Assembly (NCBI RefSeq): GCF_963921235.1 | Contig: NC_086108.1 | Span: forward strand, 103,976,001-104,040,000 | Direction: 5' to 3' | Origin: Mobula hypostoma | Taxonomy: Eukaryota | DNA length: 64,000 nucleotides | In this document: positions 26,201 to 41,200 of the stretch, in pieces | Layout: each line of letters starts with the position of its first letter | How positions within the stretch are numbered: position 1 is the first letter of the stretch | Notes under the pieces: model-generated | Databases searched by the model: none | Seen by the model: only the letters and a program-made list of their open reading frames with translations | What the model was told of the DNA's origin: nothing | Program-made: the position numbers and the translations under genes

Positions 26201-29200
26201 ATAACTCCATGTACCCACCTTTGCAAATATATTTAATTACAGTGGTTAGGAAGCAAAGGAAGACAAACATTAATCTTACCTGTAACTGCTTGATTGTTTC
26301 TCCGCCTTTTCCAATAACAAGCCCAGCCTTGCTTGCAGGAATCATGATCTCCTGCACAGAAGTACCTGCTCCATCACCGTGGTGTGTACCAGGACCAATT
26401 CGGCCCCTTTCAACTATCTGATCAAGCAGTCTCTTTGCAGCTCTAGAACACCCAAGGGCGAGAACGGTGGATGGAATGGGAGAAAAATAAATCTTCATAC
26501 AGTTCTTAATGCAACAATAATTAGTTAGGAAGATAACTGAAGTTTAGTTAAGTTAGATTTGACTGCATAAACCTTGAAGACACAGAAGTAGTAGCTTGAC
26601 AGTTCAAATTAACCTTTGGATTAACACAATACTTATCAAAATCAAAAAGTATTTTTAATTACACTTACACAATAGAATCAGGGCTGCCTGTCAACATGCA
26701 AGACCTTTCTGGTAAACCACCACTGTCTGAAAATGAAATTCACATAATATTAATTTATGTGAAGCAAAATCATTGGGGAAACAAAGTAGTGGACTAAACG
26801 TAATTATTGAAACTGGCTATGGATGACGTAAAGCATGTCAATAAAATTTACAAAGAAAGCAAAATTTATTTGCAGAGTTAATCCTGAACAATACTGACAA
26901 AACACAAAAAGGCATCGACCACCCTGCAGAAAGCAATTCCAATTCTGATTAAGTGTGAGGTGTTTCATTTGGGTACAAGGAATGAGAGGTCTTAATGCAA
27001 TAGAGGAGCAATGGAACTCCGGGGCAATGATTCATGAAGCACCAAAAGCAAGTGAACTGAAAGCAGATGAATTCATTTTTAGATACATAACATTAAAAAG
27101 TAGAGAACTTCTATCACAAATTGTATATAGAGCACATTAAGCACAGAAAGTATTGAAATGCAAAAAGTACTACAATTGAAGTGCATAGGGAATGTTGAGC
27201 CATTTTTGGCTTTGAGTAGACAGGACAAAGAGGATCAAAAAAATCTCTTAAATGGCATAAAAAGTTATTTAAACAAAAATGTTAATGTAATTCTAATTGT
27301 TCAAAATTAAAGACCATAAATATGAGTCACTGAAAGCATTCAATTGTTAGTGGGGAATTTATGGGATTATCCACTAGTTGGGATGATTAAGGCATCAGCG
27401 TTACAGCATTGAAGGGGAAGCAAGTAAAGCAGAGAAAGGAAGGTGTGCTGATATGGAGATGAGAAAGGAGAAATTAATTGGGCTAATGTGGAACAAAGCA
27501 TTCATATAAATACGGTCTAAAAGCCTTGAAAATCTACATAGCACTTAGCTTGTTAACCATAATATCAAACATTGTCAACAAGGAAGATAGCGACTTTAAG
27601 CACAAAATGAATGCTGTAAATCTAAACTCAGCTGAAAGACAATTGGCCTGAAGTACGAACTGCTTTTCTCTGCACAGATGCTGCCTGATCAGCTGCAAAG
27701 CCCTCAGACTTCCAGTTTTTAATATGGTAGCTGTGCGTAAATTAAGCTGAACCAAATCCACAAGTTTAGTTCATCTGTGCAAAATTAAAAGAATTCAGTA
27801 AAGAGTGACATACTATAAATCCTGTTTCTTAACCAAAAAAATTCTTACTGAATTTCTTTAAAATGTCCTGGGTCATTGATTTTCTCTGGTTACACATCAC
27901 AACAGGTTCTTACACGCCAAATTAACTGCATTAACTGCAGTTAACAAATTAACTGCAATGTAAAACACAAAGCTAAATGAGCTAACTCAACTGACAAGCA
28001 AAAATATAAATAAAAATCTTACCAGGCGCAATCTGTACTTTGCACCCAGACTCTTGTTGTATGCGCGAAATCTGCTCTCCTCCTCTACCAATAACTAAAA
28101 TGAAAAAAGGCAATAATTTTAACATTATGCTCACGACAACCAAAATCAATCTGTACAATAAACTATACTTTTTCCACAAACTGCATTGTGAGAATCTTAC
28201 CACCACTCTCATGGTTTTTATCTATGTAAATAGAGGCAGTGATATTTACTTCTTCCTACACACCCCTGAACTCAACAAGAGCTTACTTCTCTGAAACTGA
28301 ATTTTGGCATGTGGGGTCAAGGAAAGATTAGGAAGGGACAATGAACAATTGGAAACAGAGAGAAAGTAAAAACTACTGAATTTAGAACTGAAGAGGGAGG
28401 AAGAAAGATGCAGATGAAGAGCAAAGAATGGCAAGAAATGAAGAATGAAAGCAAAAAACTCATTCCAATACAAAATGTGGAGAGGAATGAATTAAGGCCT
28501 CGAGCACAGGCTTATTTACTACTAATTTTCATTTTGAAAAGCAGACACAAAGCAGGGCATGATGATAAATATTCATCATTTATTGATCCATGAAATATGG
28601 CAGCCAACAATAACTCAAGGATATAGTGGAATTCCCTCAGTCAATGCTTCAATGTACTGCTGGATGGTGGAACCTCAGTAATAAGTCCAGATTTCCCTCG
28701 AAGTTAAAAAAGTGAGACGAGGAAGCGGAAAAGCTTCAACATGATTCACCAGCCTGGGGTCCCAAAATGATCTGGATTAAACAAGATGGCAGGAAGGCAG
28801 CAACCTCTGACCATAAAATTGCACATCACCTGCAGGTGATGCCATCAATTACCGAGGCAGAAAAATAAAATTGTGGTGGTGTGTAGACAAAAATACCATG
28901 TTACTTGGAGCAGCAAACTTTCTCCATAGCTAAAAAAAAACTATTTAAAACAAAACACCATTTAAAAATCTAAAACTTGTATATAGTCAAAAAATCTACA
29001 AGTTGCATATATTCAATATAGAAGCGCAATAAGCGATTTCAGAGGCACATTTAAAAATACACCTCTAAACTCACGGCAGATGGCAAAAAATGTTTCAAAA
29101 AGGTCCTTCTTAACCAAGGTGCTTGTGGATATTCAGAGAGACTATGGCTGGGGAATTATCTTCAGCATAGCATGTCTGAATGTTCAATTAATAATAATGA

Positions 29201-32200
29201 AAGCATAGTGGAGATTTGGGAGGAATTGTCAATATAGCAACTTGGGGCCATGTAAAGATTTGGTTGTAGTGAAAGGGGATGAAGTACGAGAAGCTAAAAG
29301 GAAAAGAATGTGAACACCCAAGCTTGGAAAAGACAAAGCCTATAGATCTCAGCAGCAGATAGCGGAAGCAGGTGACAACACACAATCAAAATATATTTTG
29401 ATTTACTTACTAAATCCAACCATGCTGTCAGGAACCTTGTATTCCTCTGTTGCAATTGACCTTTGTTTTTAAAAAGAAAGTTTGGAAGTTAGCCAGCATT
29501 TCCCAATACAATTCTGTTGTTCTCCATCTTCATTCGTAATCACAAACACTAGAATATACAATGGTGCTCAAAACTTTAGTGAACCCTGTAGAATTTTCTG
29601 TTTCCGCATAAATATGACCAAAAATGAGATCAGATCTTCATGCAAGTCCTAAAACTAGATAAAGAGAATCCAGTTAAACAAACAGTACAAAAAACATTAC
29701 ATTTGTCCATTTATTTATTTATGAGAAAAATTATTCAATATTACACACACTTGTTGGAAAAAGTATGTGAACCTTTGTTTCCAGTAACTGCTGTGACCCC
29801 CCCTTGTACAGCAATAACTTCAACCAGAAGTTTCCGGTAACTGTTGGTTGATCAATCCTGCACATTAGCTTGGAGGAATTTTAGGCCATTCTTCCTTACA
29901 AAACGGCCATTTCAAAATGTAAAATTTCTTCTGCTTTAACCATTCTTTGGGAGATTGGCTTGTGTGTTTAGCGTCATTGTCTTTCTTGCTGCATGACCCA
30001 CTTTCTCTTGAGCTTCAGTTCACGACTGGTACACTGACACATTTTCTGTAGAATTTGCTGGTACAATTCAGAATTCATAGTTCCATCATTGATGGCAAGC
30101 CATCCTGGTCCCAAGGCAGCAAAGCAGGCCCACACCATGACACTGCTACCACCATGTTTCATAGGTGGGATGAGGTTCTTAGGCTAGAATGCAGTGCTTG
30201 CTTTTTGTCAAACACAGCGCTTCTCACTTAAGCCAGAAAGTTCTATTTTGGACTTATCCATCCACAGAACATTCTTCCAATAGCCTTCTAGCTTATCCAT
30301 GTGGTCCTTAGCAATGTTCTTCTTGGAAAGCAGTAACTTACTCATTTCAATCCCACCATGCACACTATTGTTCAGTGATTGCCCGATTGTAGACTCAGGA
30401 ACGCTGACATAATCAAATGCAAGAGAGGCCTGTAGCTCCTTAGATGTTACCCTGGAGTTCTCTGTGACCTCCTGGAATATTATATGCCTTGCTCTTGGGA
30501 GTGATTTTTGTTGGTCAACCATTCCTGGGGAGAGTAACAACAGTGTTGAATTTTCTCCATTTATACACCATCTGCCTGACTGGACTGTGGAGCCCAAACT
30601 CTTTAGAAATGGTTTTGTATCCTTTTGTAACAACTTTTTTCCCCGAGGTCCTCAGAAATCTCCTTTGACCGAGACAGGGTACACTTCCAAAAACCTGTGT
30701 GGTAAAGATCAGACCCAGGTTTATGTTCTTTAAATAAAGCAGGGCCTCCCATACTCACACCTGATTGTCATCTCACTGGTTGGAACACCTAATTTACCCT
30801 GTAAATGAACTGATAATCCTAGAGGTTCACATACTTTTCCCAACAAATACATACAATATTGGATCACTTTTCTCAATAAATAAATGAACATATATGTTTT
30901 TGCGTTATTTATTCAAATGTGTTCTTTATCTAGTTTTAGAATTTGTGTAAAGATCTGATCACATTTTAGGTCATATTTATGCAGAAATAGAGAATTCTAA
31001 AGGGTTCACAAATGTTCTAACACGCGATAGGTAGAGTAGACAGCCAGCGCCTCGTCCCCAGGGTACCACTGCTCAATACAAGAGGACATGGGTTTAAGGC
31101 GAGAGGTGGGAAGTTCAAGGGGGATATTAGAAGAAGGTTTTTTACTCAGAGAGTGGTTGGAGTGTGGAATGCACTGCCTGAGTCAGTAGTGGAGGCAGAT
31201 AGCACTAGTGAAATTTAAGAGACCACTAGACAGGTATATGGAAGAACTTAAGGTGGGGTTATATGGGAGGCAGGGTTTAAGGGTTGGCACAACATTGTGG
31301 GCCGAAGGGCCTGTCCTGCACTGTACTGTTCTATGTTTTATGTTCTAATGACTGTATTTGGTTCTGTACTGTTAACACCAAAACTTTGGAGTTCAAAGAC
31401 TGGCTACCTTAATCCTGAGTACACAGCAGGTTCAAACATCGAGCTGAAGAAATCAGGATGCTATCACAGGTCAGAGTAATGCAACTATATCGAATTAAAG
31501 TCAATTAGGATGGCTGATGCCAGAGCAAAAAATTACTGAGAATCTTAAAAACCACAAAATGCTTGAAGAAACCATGGAGAGAGTAAGAATGAAAGGCAGT
31601 GGTTACCTGAAATTATTCAAATGTTACTTCCTTAAAGGTGTCAACCTACTCAGATAGAAAGGCCTGTCCTTAAACATATTTTGAGTATCACGGGGCCATG
31701 CAGAAGACAAAAAGCAGAGTGAGTGGGGCAGAGAATTAAAGTGTCAGGTGACTAAGTTCCAGGGATATCCTTGCAGACTGAACTGGGGAGCTGTGAAAAA
31801 CTGTCTCCCCATTCAGGTTTGGGGTTTTCCAGTGCAGAGACCACACCTTGATCATTTAAAGCACAGGAAAGAGCAAAAAAAAGTGTCACACTAGAAAAAA
31901 AACTGTGAAAGCAGACTGATTGGTGGAGATGTTCTGATAGCACTGTTCCACCTATGACTATCCAGGACTCATCACAACCACTCTCCTTTTCTGTGTTCTC
32001 TCATGCAAAAAGCCGGGCCTTTTCTTTTCCTGCCATACTTCTGGAGACCCAGGCAGTCTTTCTAAGTGAAGCAGTAATTCATCTGCAATTTTTTCAGATA
32101 AGTATGCAGAACTTGGTACTCACAATGTGGTCTCCTCTACATAGAAGAAACCAAAAGCAGACAGGCCACCTATCTGGCAGAATGCCATGATTTACTCTGC

Positions 32201-35200
32201 AGGAATGACTTTATATCTGCAATTGTCTGTCACTTTTACTCTTATCCCATTCCCACTCTGGACTTCTGTCTTCCATCTTCTGAATTGCTCCAACCCCCTG
32301 GGTGCACTGAAACCTTCAGGATCTAACAATAAATTAAGGTAAGAACTCAGTTCTATTTTCCTTCCTCTCACCCTTGTGGCTGTACTTTGTTGCTTCAATG
32401 TGGTTCAGGTTCCCTGTTTTTTTTAAATACAATTAACTGCTAACTTTGTTCCCATCTGATCAGATATTCCTTCCAGTCTCTTCACTCCACCTACCACATC
32501 ATCTCACTATTCCAGTCCAATGAATGGCCTTTGACCCAAATTTCAACTTTCGCTACTCTCGCCTGCTGAGTGGTCCCAGAATTTTATTGCTTTTGTAGCT
32601 GGTATCAGCATGTGCAGAGTTTTACTGGCCTTTGTTAATTACCATCATTCAGAGCACACGAAGGTCAGTCATTTGGTCAACTTACCTGTAGAATTGTCAT
32701 TTTGCAGCCAATAGAAAGGAGAAACATAATCCCACAGCAGCACTTTAATGCTCTGTTCAGGTACTTTGTAAAACTCCTAGCTAAGGTCAATTAAGCAAAA
32801 TTACGACAATGACACAACTGAACTATTGCTCCAGAAATGCAGAAATCGTGGGCTGATGTCAGTTCTACGTTCTAAATACTTGCTATTAACTTGAGTACTA
32901 GATTTTTAAGTTAATTGCATATTTCCTATTGAAACAAAGAACAGTTACACCTTCACTCTAATGAATATGGCCCTTCTTCAATAATGAAAGAACAAATCAA
33001 TTAAAATCCAACTACATTAATTGATTCATACACCAAGTATAAAACATGACCGTATGAGCCACCACCTACCGCTGTTGATGCATTGCAGCTAGCTGTGCTC
33101 CAAATGCTTGAAGAAAGAAAGAAACATGTTACCTTGATAAATTGCAAAAAACACAAGAATGCAATAAAATTGCAATAAAGGGTTAGACAGCACAACTTAC
33201 ATTTATTAGTTGCAAAGAGAAATTTACATAAAAATTATGCTACAGAAACAAGTTATTTTAGAACTATTACTTTGCTTTGTGCGCAATATAAGCCTCCTTC
33301 CACGTTAAACTTAGTTGCACATCGCTTCATTTATTCCTCTCTTGTATTTAGAGCTCTATCTTCAATGTGTGCATGTAAGGGAACCAGATTCCAGATTCTA
33401 CTCACTGCCAGTTTGCCTGAAATCTTTAAACACTCCACCTTACAAGACACCATTCTAAACAATTAAATTCCATTCATTTATTTTGTTGCTGACAAGGCCC
33501 TCATTTGCATCTATTGGAGACAATCTGGGCATTTAAACATCAACTGTTCAAATTTGCTACATCTCAGTGCCACAAACTCGTAGTATAATTCTGCACAAAA
33601 AACAAATAAACAGGCGCTGAAGCCCTACATTGCTGGCCTTCAAGTCACTGGATGACAACAGTAAGGATGATGATTAATTTGTGCTTCATACACATTTAGG
33701 ATTCAAGGATATTTGCTAGCTCTATGTTGGAAGTATGTTCATGACCACAAGCCAAACAGATGAAAATTAGGGAGGATATTCCAAAATTTAGCTATTAGAC
33801 AATCTGACTACAAATTGTGAGGCAGTGAAAATCAGGGGAGTTGTGAGTTAGAAGCCACAATTGGCAGGGCAGAACATTGGAAATTTTAACAATTGGAAGG
33901 CTGGAGTGAGATGAGGCAAGAACAGGGTGATTTGAAAGCAAAGATTTTTATTCTGGTTTGTTTCCCCCCCTTCTTTCCAGTGTTGATGAAGGGTCTCAGC
34001 GTGGTGGGGGGAGAGCAGGCGGGGGAGAGGAAGAGGGGGCGAGAGAGAGAGCGAGAGATAGTGTGGGTGTGTGTGTGTTAGTTACAATAGTTACTTAAAT
34101 TTGCAGAAGATACAAGTGACAAAAAAGAAAGGGACTGGAATGCATCATGGTGCATATGTCATCAGTCCTGGCAAAGATCAGTTTAAGCAACACATATAAA
34201 AGTTGCTGGTGAACGCAGCAGAAAGATCAGGTTTTTTTCCCCCCCAAAGGTGTTCCTTTGACTTCTCTTATTTAAATGTTATCGATTTAATAGAACAGCT
34301 TTGCACTGCTATTTCAGAGAAAGGGTGACCTGATTTTCTGCCTTTAACATAATCTGTAACATCTGTTCCTATGCCCTTCATCACAAGCATTCATCAATTG
34401 CCCTGTGTCAATTTTGGCTTGACAATGGTTCAAGTCATGCTCAGCTACCTTCAGGGAGCAATTTAATTTTGTCTATACAAGGTGTGGAGAGAAATCTATT
34501 TCTAATGTGTGAAAAATGCCATTCTGGAGATTCAGTACTTACGGTCGTTCTGGGCAACTTTCTTAGTATCTGGTTGATCTGCAAAACAAAATATTTTCTT
34601 AACTGATACAAGTATCTGCTTTACTACACCAAAAACCGAAAAAAAAAAATTAGTGCTCATTTTCAAATCAATATACAGCTCTCCCTCAGTTATTCAAGTG
34701 TTCAGCTCCTAAAGAACCCCTCAGTATGTAAATATTTGTACAGCAAAAGTACAATAAGCTCTTTCACAGTGAGATAAGGAATTAACTGTGAGGATGCAGT
34801 AGTGAAAAGTAAACAGCACTAGTTAATAACAAGCTGAAACATAAAAGCCATTCATCAAATGGCTTTTATTTCCAGAAAAAAGAGAACCCATTTTCTGGAG
34901 GCTTCCTGTACCAATTTAAATTACTTGGTCACTTATGCCTTCCAGATCAAAGTCTAAATATCACTTTTCCCTGAGAGCTCTATTTGTAATATGGTTTCAT
35001 GTTGTAGCAATTGAAATCAATGTGAAAACTAATTAAATAAAGAAGCCCCAAGTTGAGCAAAGATGAATTACACGAATGTTTATTAGAAATCCATATTAAC
35101 AAACAAATTCGTTTCAGGGAGAAAATTAGCTCGACAGTTGGGAAGTACCATAATGTTATAGTTCATAAAGAAATATATAAGTAGATGGGACTTCTTCAGA

Positions 35201-38200
35201 AACTTAAAATAACTTTTAAATAGCCTGACAACATTTAACATCAGCAAGTTTTTAAATGCTAAATGATATGGAACCAAATACACAGGAAACTCTCAAGCAC
35301 TATGAATGTCAGGAACTGATTTAAATGAGATTCTGGTACAACTATCTTAAACACTGATTGGGCTACAGCTTAAGAGCTGTTTTGTGTGCAATTTTGGTCA
35401 CTATGCTAAAGGAACACATAATTGCTCTGCAGAGCTTCACCAGAACGTTGCTTGAGATGAAACATTTCAGTTAATTGGAGGCTGCTTTACATTCGAAAGG
35501 GAAAATACCTAATAGAGGAATGTATTATTAGGGACTTAAGTAAATACGATAGTAAGAAACCTTTTCTCATAGCCGAAGTGTCTACATCAAAAAAGGGCCC
35601 AAGTTTAGGGCAGGTGTTCGGAGACTTAGGTCTTTTCCTCCACCCAGAGCTGTTGGAATCTGGAACACACTTTCTGAATGGGTGATCAAGGCAGGTACAC
35701 TCACATTTTGATATCTAGATAACCCACTTGAATCACCAAGACAGGATATGGACGAAACACTGAAATGGGAATAGTATAGATGGGTTGATGGTTAATATAA
35801 TTATAACTCAATGAATCTATTTCTAATCTATCTTAGGAATAGATTCAATAGGATATAATTAGCAGAATTGGACTGGTCCTGCTCTTCGTCAATTGAACCA
35901 ACAGAGCAAATTTTCATATCATCAGATAGATGAGTTTTGGAACAAGCTGGGAGGAGGCACAAGTCTTCAGTACTACAGTGAGATTTCTGGATCCTTTGCA
36001 GCATCCAATACCCTCCCCAGATTCTTTTCTGCTTTCTAATCAATTGAAGATAGGATTATGATAATGAGGAACACAGGAGCTTATCCACTTGGTAACCCAC
36101 ACCAAGAGCACAATGTGCAATGCTGAAGGAGATGAAAAGGAACCCGAAGGTAACAACCGAAAACCGGCAGAAATCCCTAGAACTTGCTAGTCTCTGGTCA
36201 TGTGTCCACTATATTAAAAAAAACACTGAACAAGAATGGTGCTCTTGGAAGGGCACCATGGAGGAAACCACTGTTCCCCCCCCAAAAAAAAATTGCTGCA
36301 AAAGACCTCCTGGATGTTCTACAATGCTTCTGGGACAATGTTCTATGGACAGATGAGAGAAAAGTTGAACTTTCTGGCAGAAATGCACATTGCTATGTTT
36401 GGAGGGAAAAGGGCACTGCACACCAACACAAAAACCTCATCCCAACTGTACAGCATGGTGGAAGGAGCTTCATGGTTTGAGGCAGCTTTGCCTGGACAGT
36501 ATGCCATCGTTGAGGAAACAATGAATTCAAAATTGTATCAAGACATTTTACAGCAGAACATCAGGGTAGCAGTTCATCGCCTCCAGCTTAATAAAGGTTG
36601 GTTAACGCAACGAGACAATGAAAGTCAACAGGAGATCAACAACAGAACTGCTTAAAAAGAAGAAAATTTGGATTTTGAAATGGCTAAAAGTCCTGACATT
36701 AATCCTAAAGAAGTGTTGTGGAAGGACCTGAAGCAAGCAGTTCATGCAAGAAAGCCCAGCAACATCCCAGAGCTGAAGCAGTTTTGTACAGAGGAATGCC
36801 CTAAAATTCCTCCAAGCCAATGTGTGGGACTGATCAACAGTTACTGGAAGCATTTGGTTGAAGTCACTGCTGTACAAGGGGATCACACCAGTTACTGCAG
36901 AAGTTCACATACTTTTTCCAACAAATACATGTAATATTGTATCATATTTCTCAATAAACAAGTATAATATTTTTGTGTAATTTATTTAATTGGTTCTCTT
37001 TTTCTAGTTTTAGGACTTGCATGAAGATGTGATCAATTTTAGGTCATACAAACCCCATTTCCAGAAAAGTTGGGATATTTTCCAAAATGCAATAAAAACA
37101 AAAATCTGTGATATGTTAATTCACGTGAACCGTTATTTAACTGACAAAAGTACAAATAAAAGATTTTCAATAGTTTTACTGACCAACTCAATTGTATTTT
37201 GTAAACATACACAAATTTAGAATTTGATGGCTGCAACACACTCAACAAAAGTTGGGACAGAGGTATGTTTACCATTGTGTTACATCACCTTTCCTTTTAA
37301 TAACACTTTTTAATCGTTTTGGAACTGAGGATACTAATTGTAGTAGATTTGCAATTGGAAATTTTGTCCATTCTTGCTTGATATAAGACTTCAGCTGCTC
37401 AACAGTCCGTGGTCTCCGTTGTCTGATTCTCCTCTTCATGATGCGCCATACATTTTCAATAGGAGATAGATCTGGACTGGCAGCAGGCCAGTCAAGCACA
37501 TGCACTCTGTGTCTACAAAGCCACGCTGTTGTAGCCCGTGCAGAATGTGGTCTGGCATTGTCCTGTTGAAACAAGCATGGACGTCCCAGGAAGAGACGTC
37601 GCCTTGATGGCAACGTATGTCTCTCTGAAATCCTAATATACACCTCAGAGTCAATGGTACCTTCACATACATGCAACTCACCCATGCCGTGGGCACTGAT
37701 ACACCCCCATACCATCACAGATGCTGGCTTTTGCACTTTCGCTGATAACAATCTGGATGGTTGTTTTCATCTTTGGCACAGAGAACTCGACGCCCATTTT
37801 TTCCGAAAACTAGCTGAAATGTGGACTCATCTGACCACAGCACATGGTTCCAGTCTTTCGGTCCATCTGAGATGAGCTCGGACCCAGAGAACTCGCCGGC
37901 GTTTCTGCATAGAGTTGATGTATGGCTTCCTCCTTGTGTAATACAGTTTCAAGTTGCATTTCTGGATGCAGTGACGGACTGTGTTGAGTGACAATGGTTT
38001 TCCGAAGTACTCCCGAGCCCAGGTGGCTATAATTGTCACAGTAGCATGATGGTTTCTCAGGCAAGTGCCGCTTGAGGGCTCGAAGATCACGCGCATTCGA
38101 CAGTTTTTAGGCAGAGATGTCTCTGAATTCTCTGAATCTTTTCACAATATTATGTTGTAAGACCTAAATTCGCTGCAATCTTGCGTTAAGAAATGTTCCT

Positions 38201-41200
38201 TTTGAACTGACTAACAATTCTTTCACGAATTTTGGCACTAAAGGGTGAGCCACGACCCATCCTTGCTTGCAAAGACTGAGCCTTTGATGGACGCTACTTT
38301 TATACCCAGTCATACCTCACCTGTTACCAATTAGCCTGCTTAATGTGGAGTCTTCCAAACCTGTGTTACTTGAATATTCTGTGCACTTTTCAATCTTATT
38401 TTAACTCTGTCGCAACTTTTGTTGAGTGTGTTGCAGCCATCAAATTCTAAATTTGTGTATATTTACAAAATACAATTCAGTTGGTCAGTAAAACTATTGA
38501 AAAACTTTTCTTTGTACTTTTGTCAGTTAAATAAAGGTTCACGTAAATTAACTTATCACAGATTTTTGTTTTTATTGCATTTTGGAAAATATCCCAACTT
38601 TTCTTGAAATGGGGTTTGTACTTATGCAGAAATAGAAAGTTCTATAGGGTTCACAAACTTTCTAACACCATGCTGTTGCTACACCAGGTTGACCCACTTT
38701 TAATTATGTGTACTAGTGCTTTTGTCCTGCACATCAGTCTCACTGACACTGAGTAGAATTCCTGGCTTAACCACAATGGTAAATTGAGGGATCTACCAGG
38801 TCATATGAATATAGATGATCAAGGTGTAGATTTCTGCTCATGATCTCCCTGGCTTCAAACACCCAGTTATGAGTTGCCAGATTTGTTCTGAGTCGACCCA
38901 TTTTGCATAACTGTATTGTCACACAATATGGCAAAGGGTCTTCTGTATGAAAAGACTGAGGTGATGTTATCACTACAACTGCCACAGGTTAGTGAAGATC
39001 AAGCAGCTTGATCCTTCATGATAGTTCACCTGCCACAAACCAACCACTTTACAGATAATAGAACAAAGTGTAATCACTCACCCCCATCTTCCAAGGGTCT
39101 TTTCTGTCCTCCATATCCATAGTCAGATGTACTTATTGCTGTTGTTCCTGTATCTCCACCAATTTTTGCTGCAATCTGTGTAATATAAAAGCAGCGGTCT
39201 GTTGCATTAAAACATTTTTAAACTATTAAACACGAATTTTGATTTTCTCAAAATGATGGGGGTTTATAATGCACATTTCCAATTGAAGAGACTAAGCTTT
39301 TCCCAGTTTCCAAAACTGCTAATTATAATTAGGAATATTGCACACCACTATGATGGAGAACTCAATCTCATTTCAGAAGGTCTGCACAAACTCCGATATT
39401 AGAAAAGTATTTCTGAATGGATCAGGGATGTTTTGAATTACAAATCGGATACTTTATTAAGATCTAATGCCATCCAATCATTAATGATTCACTAACTTGC
39501 AGTATTCCTACATTATCAGAATAATTTTAAAAATACTCATTCAACTTCAAGGACCATAACCCACTGTAGACAACCTCTTCAATTTCATTGAAAGAAGCAT
39601 CTAAATAAAACATACTTGAAGATTTCCAGGTACCGTAACAAGTAGAAAGACAGTCAATAAACTAGGAGCTGATTCGCATCTTTAGTGAGACTGCATTAGC
39701 TCCCAAGGCATATGTGTTAAATTGCATCAGTTAAACCATGCAGAAACAAAGGTTGTAACGTTCAGTGGCAACAAAGCGCCATCCAACGACAGAGAACAGC
39801 ATAACATTTCAATATTCTTACACACCAGGTGGCTAGAATTGAGATTGGCTCCTCTAATCTGAATTTTCAATAGGATTATCAGTCAACTCCTGGCCACAAA
39901 TGAAACATGCCCCAAATCCAAATAATAAATTATTTCCAGGATGCATACATCAGGATGCTCTTTATCAACTACAGCTCGGCATTCAATACTATCAACTCCT
40001 CAAAAATCAATAAAATTCAAGACCTTGGCCTCAATACCACTTTGTACAATTGGATCCTAGATTTCCTCATTTACAGGCTCCATTCAGTTCAGATTGGCAA
40101 CATCTCCTCCACAATCTCCATCAGCACAGGTGCTTCACAAGGCTGTGTGCTTAGCTCCCTGCTCTACTCTGTTTATACTTACAACTCTGGGCTAAGCACA
40201 CCTACAATGCCATATTTAATTTTGTTGACAACACCACTGACATAGGCCTTATCAAAGGTGGTGATGAATCAGTATACAGGATGGAGATTGAAAATCTGGC
40301 TGAGTAGAGCCACCACAACCTCATACTCAGCAAAACCAAGTAACTAATTACTGACTTCAGGAGGATCAGAGGCGGAGAGGATCAGCAACTTTAAATCCCT
40401 CGGTTATCATTTCAGAGGACCTATGCTGGGCCCAACACACAAAGGCAATTATGAAGAAAGTACAGCAGTACCTCTACTTCCTTAGACTTCTGCAAAAATT
40501 GACATATCTAAAATGTTGACAAACTTCCATAGATGTGTGTGGAGAGTATATTGACTGGTTGCATCACAGCCTGGTATGGAAACAACAATGCCCTTAGAAA
40601 ATCCTACTCCGAATAGTGGATACATAAGACCACAAGACAAAGGTGCAGAAGTCGGCCATTCGGCCCATCGCATCTGCTCCGCCATTTTATCATGAGCTGA
40701 TCCATTCTCCCATTTAGTCCCACTCCCCCGCCTTCTCACCATAACCTTTGATGCCCTGGCTACTCAGATACCTATCAATCTCTGCCTTAAATACACCCAA
40801 TGACTTGGCCTCCACTGCCGCCCGTGGCAACAAATTCCATAGATTCACCACCCTCTGGCTAAAAAAATTTCTTCGCATTTCTGTTCTGAACGGGCGCCCT
40901 CCAATCCTTAAGTCATGCCCTCTCGTACTAGACTCCCCCATCATGGGAAACAACTTTGCCACATCCACTCTGTCCATGCCTTCCAACATTCGAAATCTTT
41001 CTATGAGGTCTCCCCTCAATCTTCTAAACTCCAAGGAATACAGTCCAAGAGCGGACAAACGTTCCTCATGTTTCATTCTAGGAATCATTCTAGTGAATCT
41101 TCTCTGTACCCTCTCCAATGTCAGCACATCCTTTGTTAAATAAGGAGACCAAAACTGCCCACAGTACTCCAAGTGAGGTTTCACCAGTGCCTTATAGATC

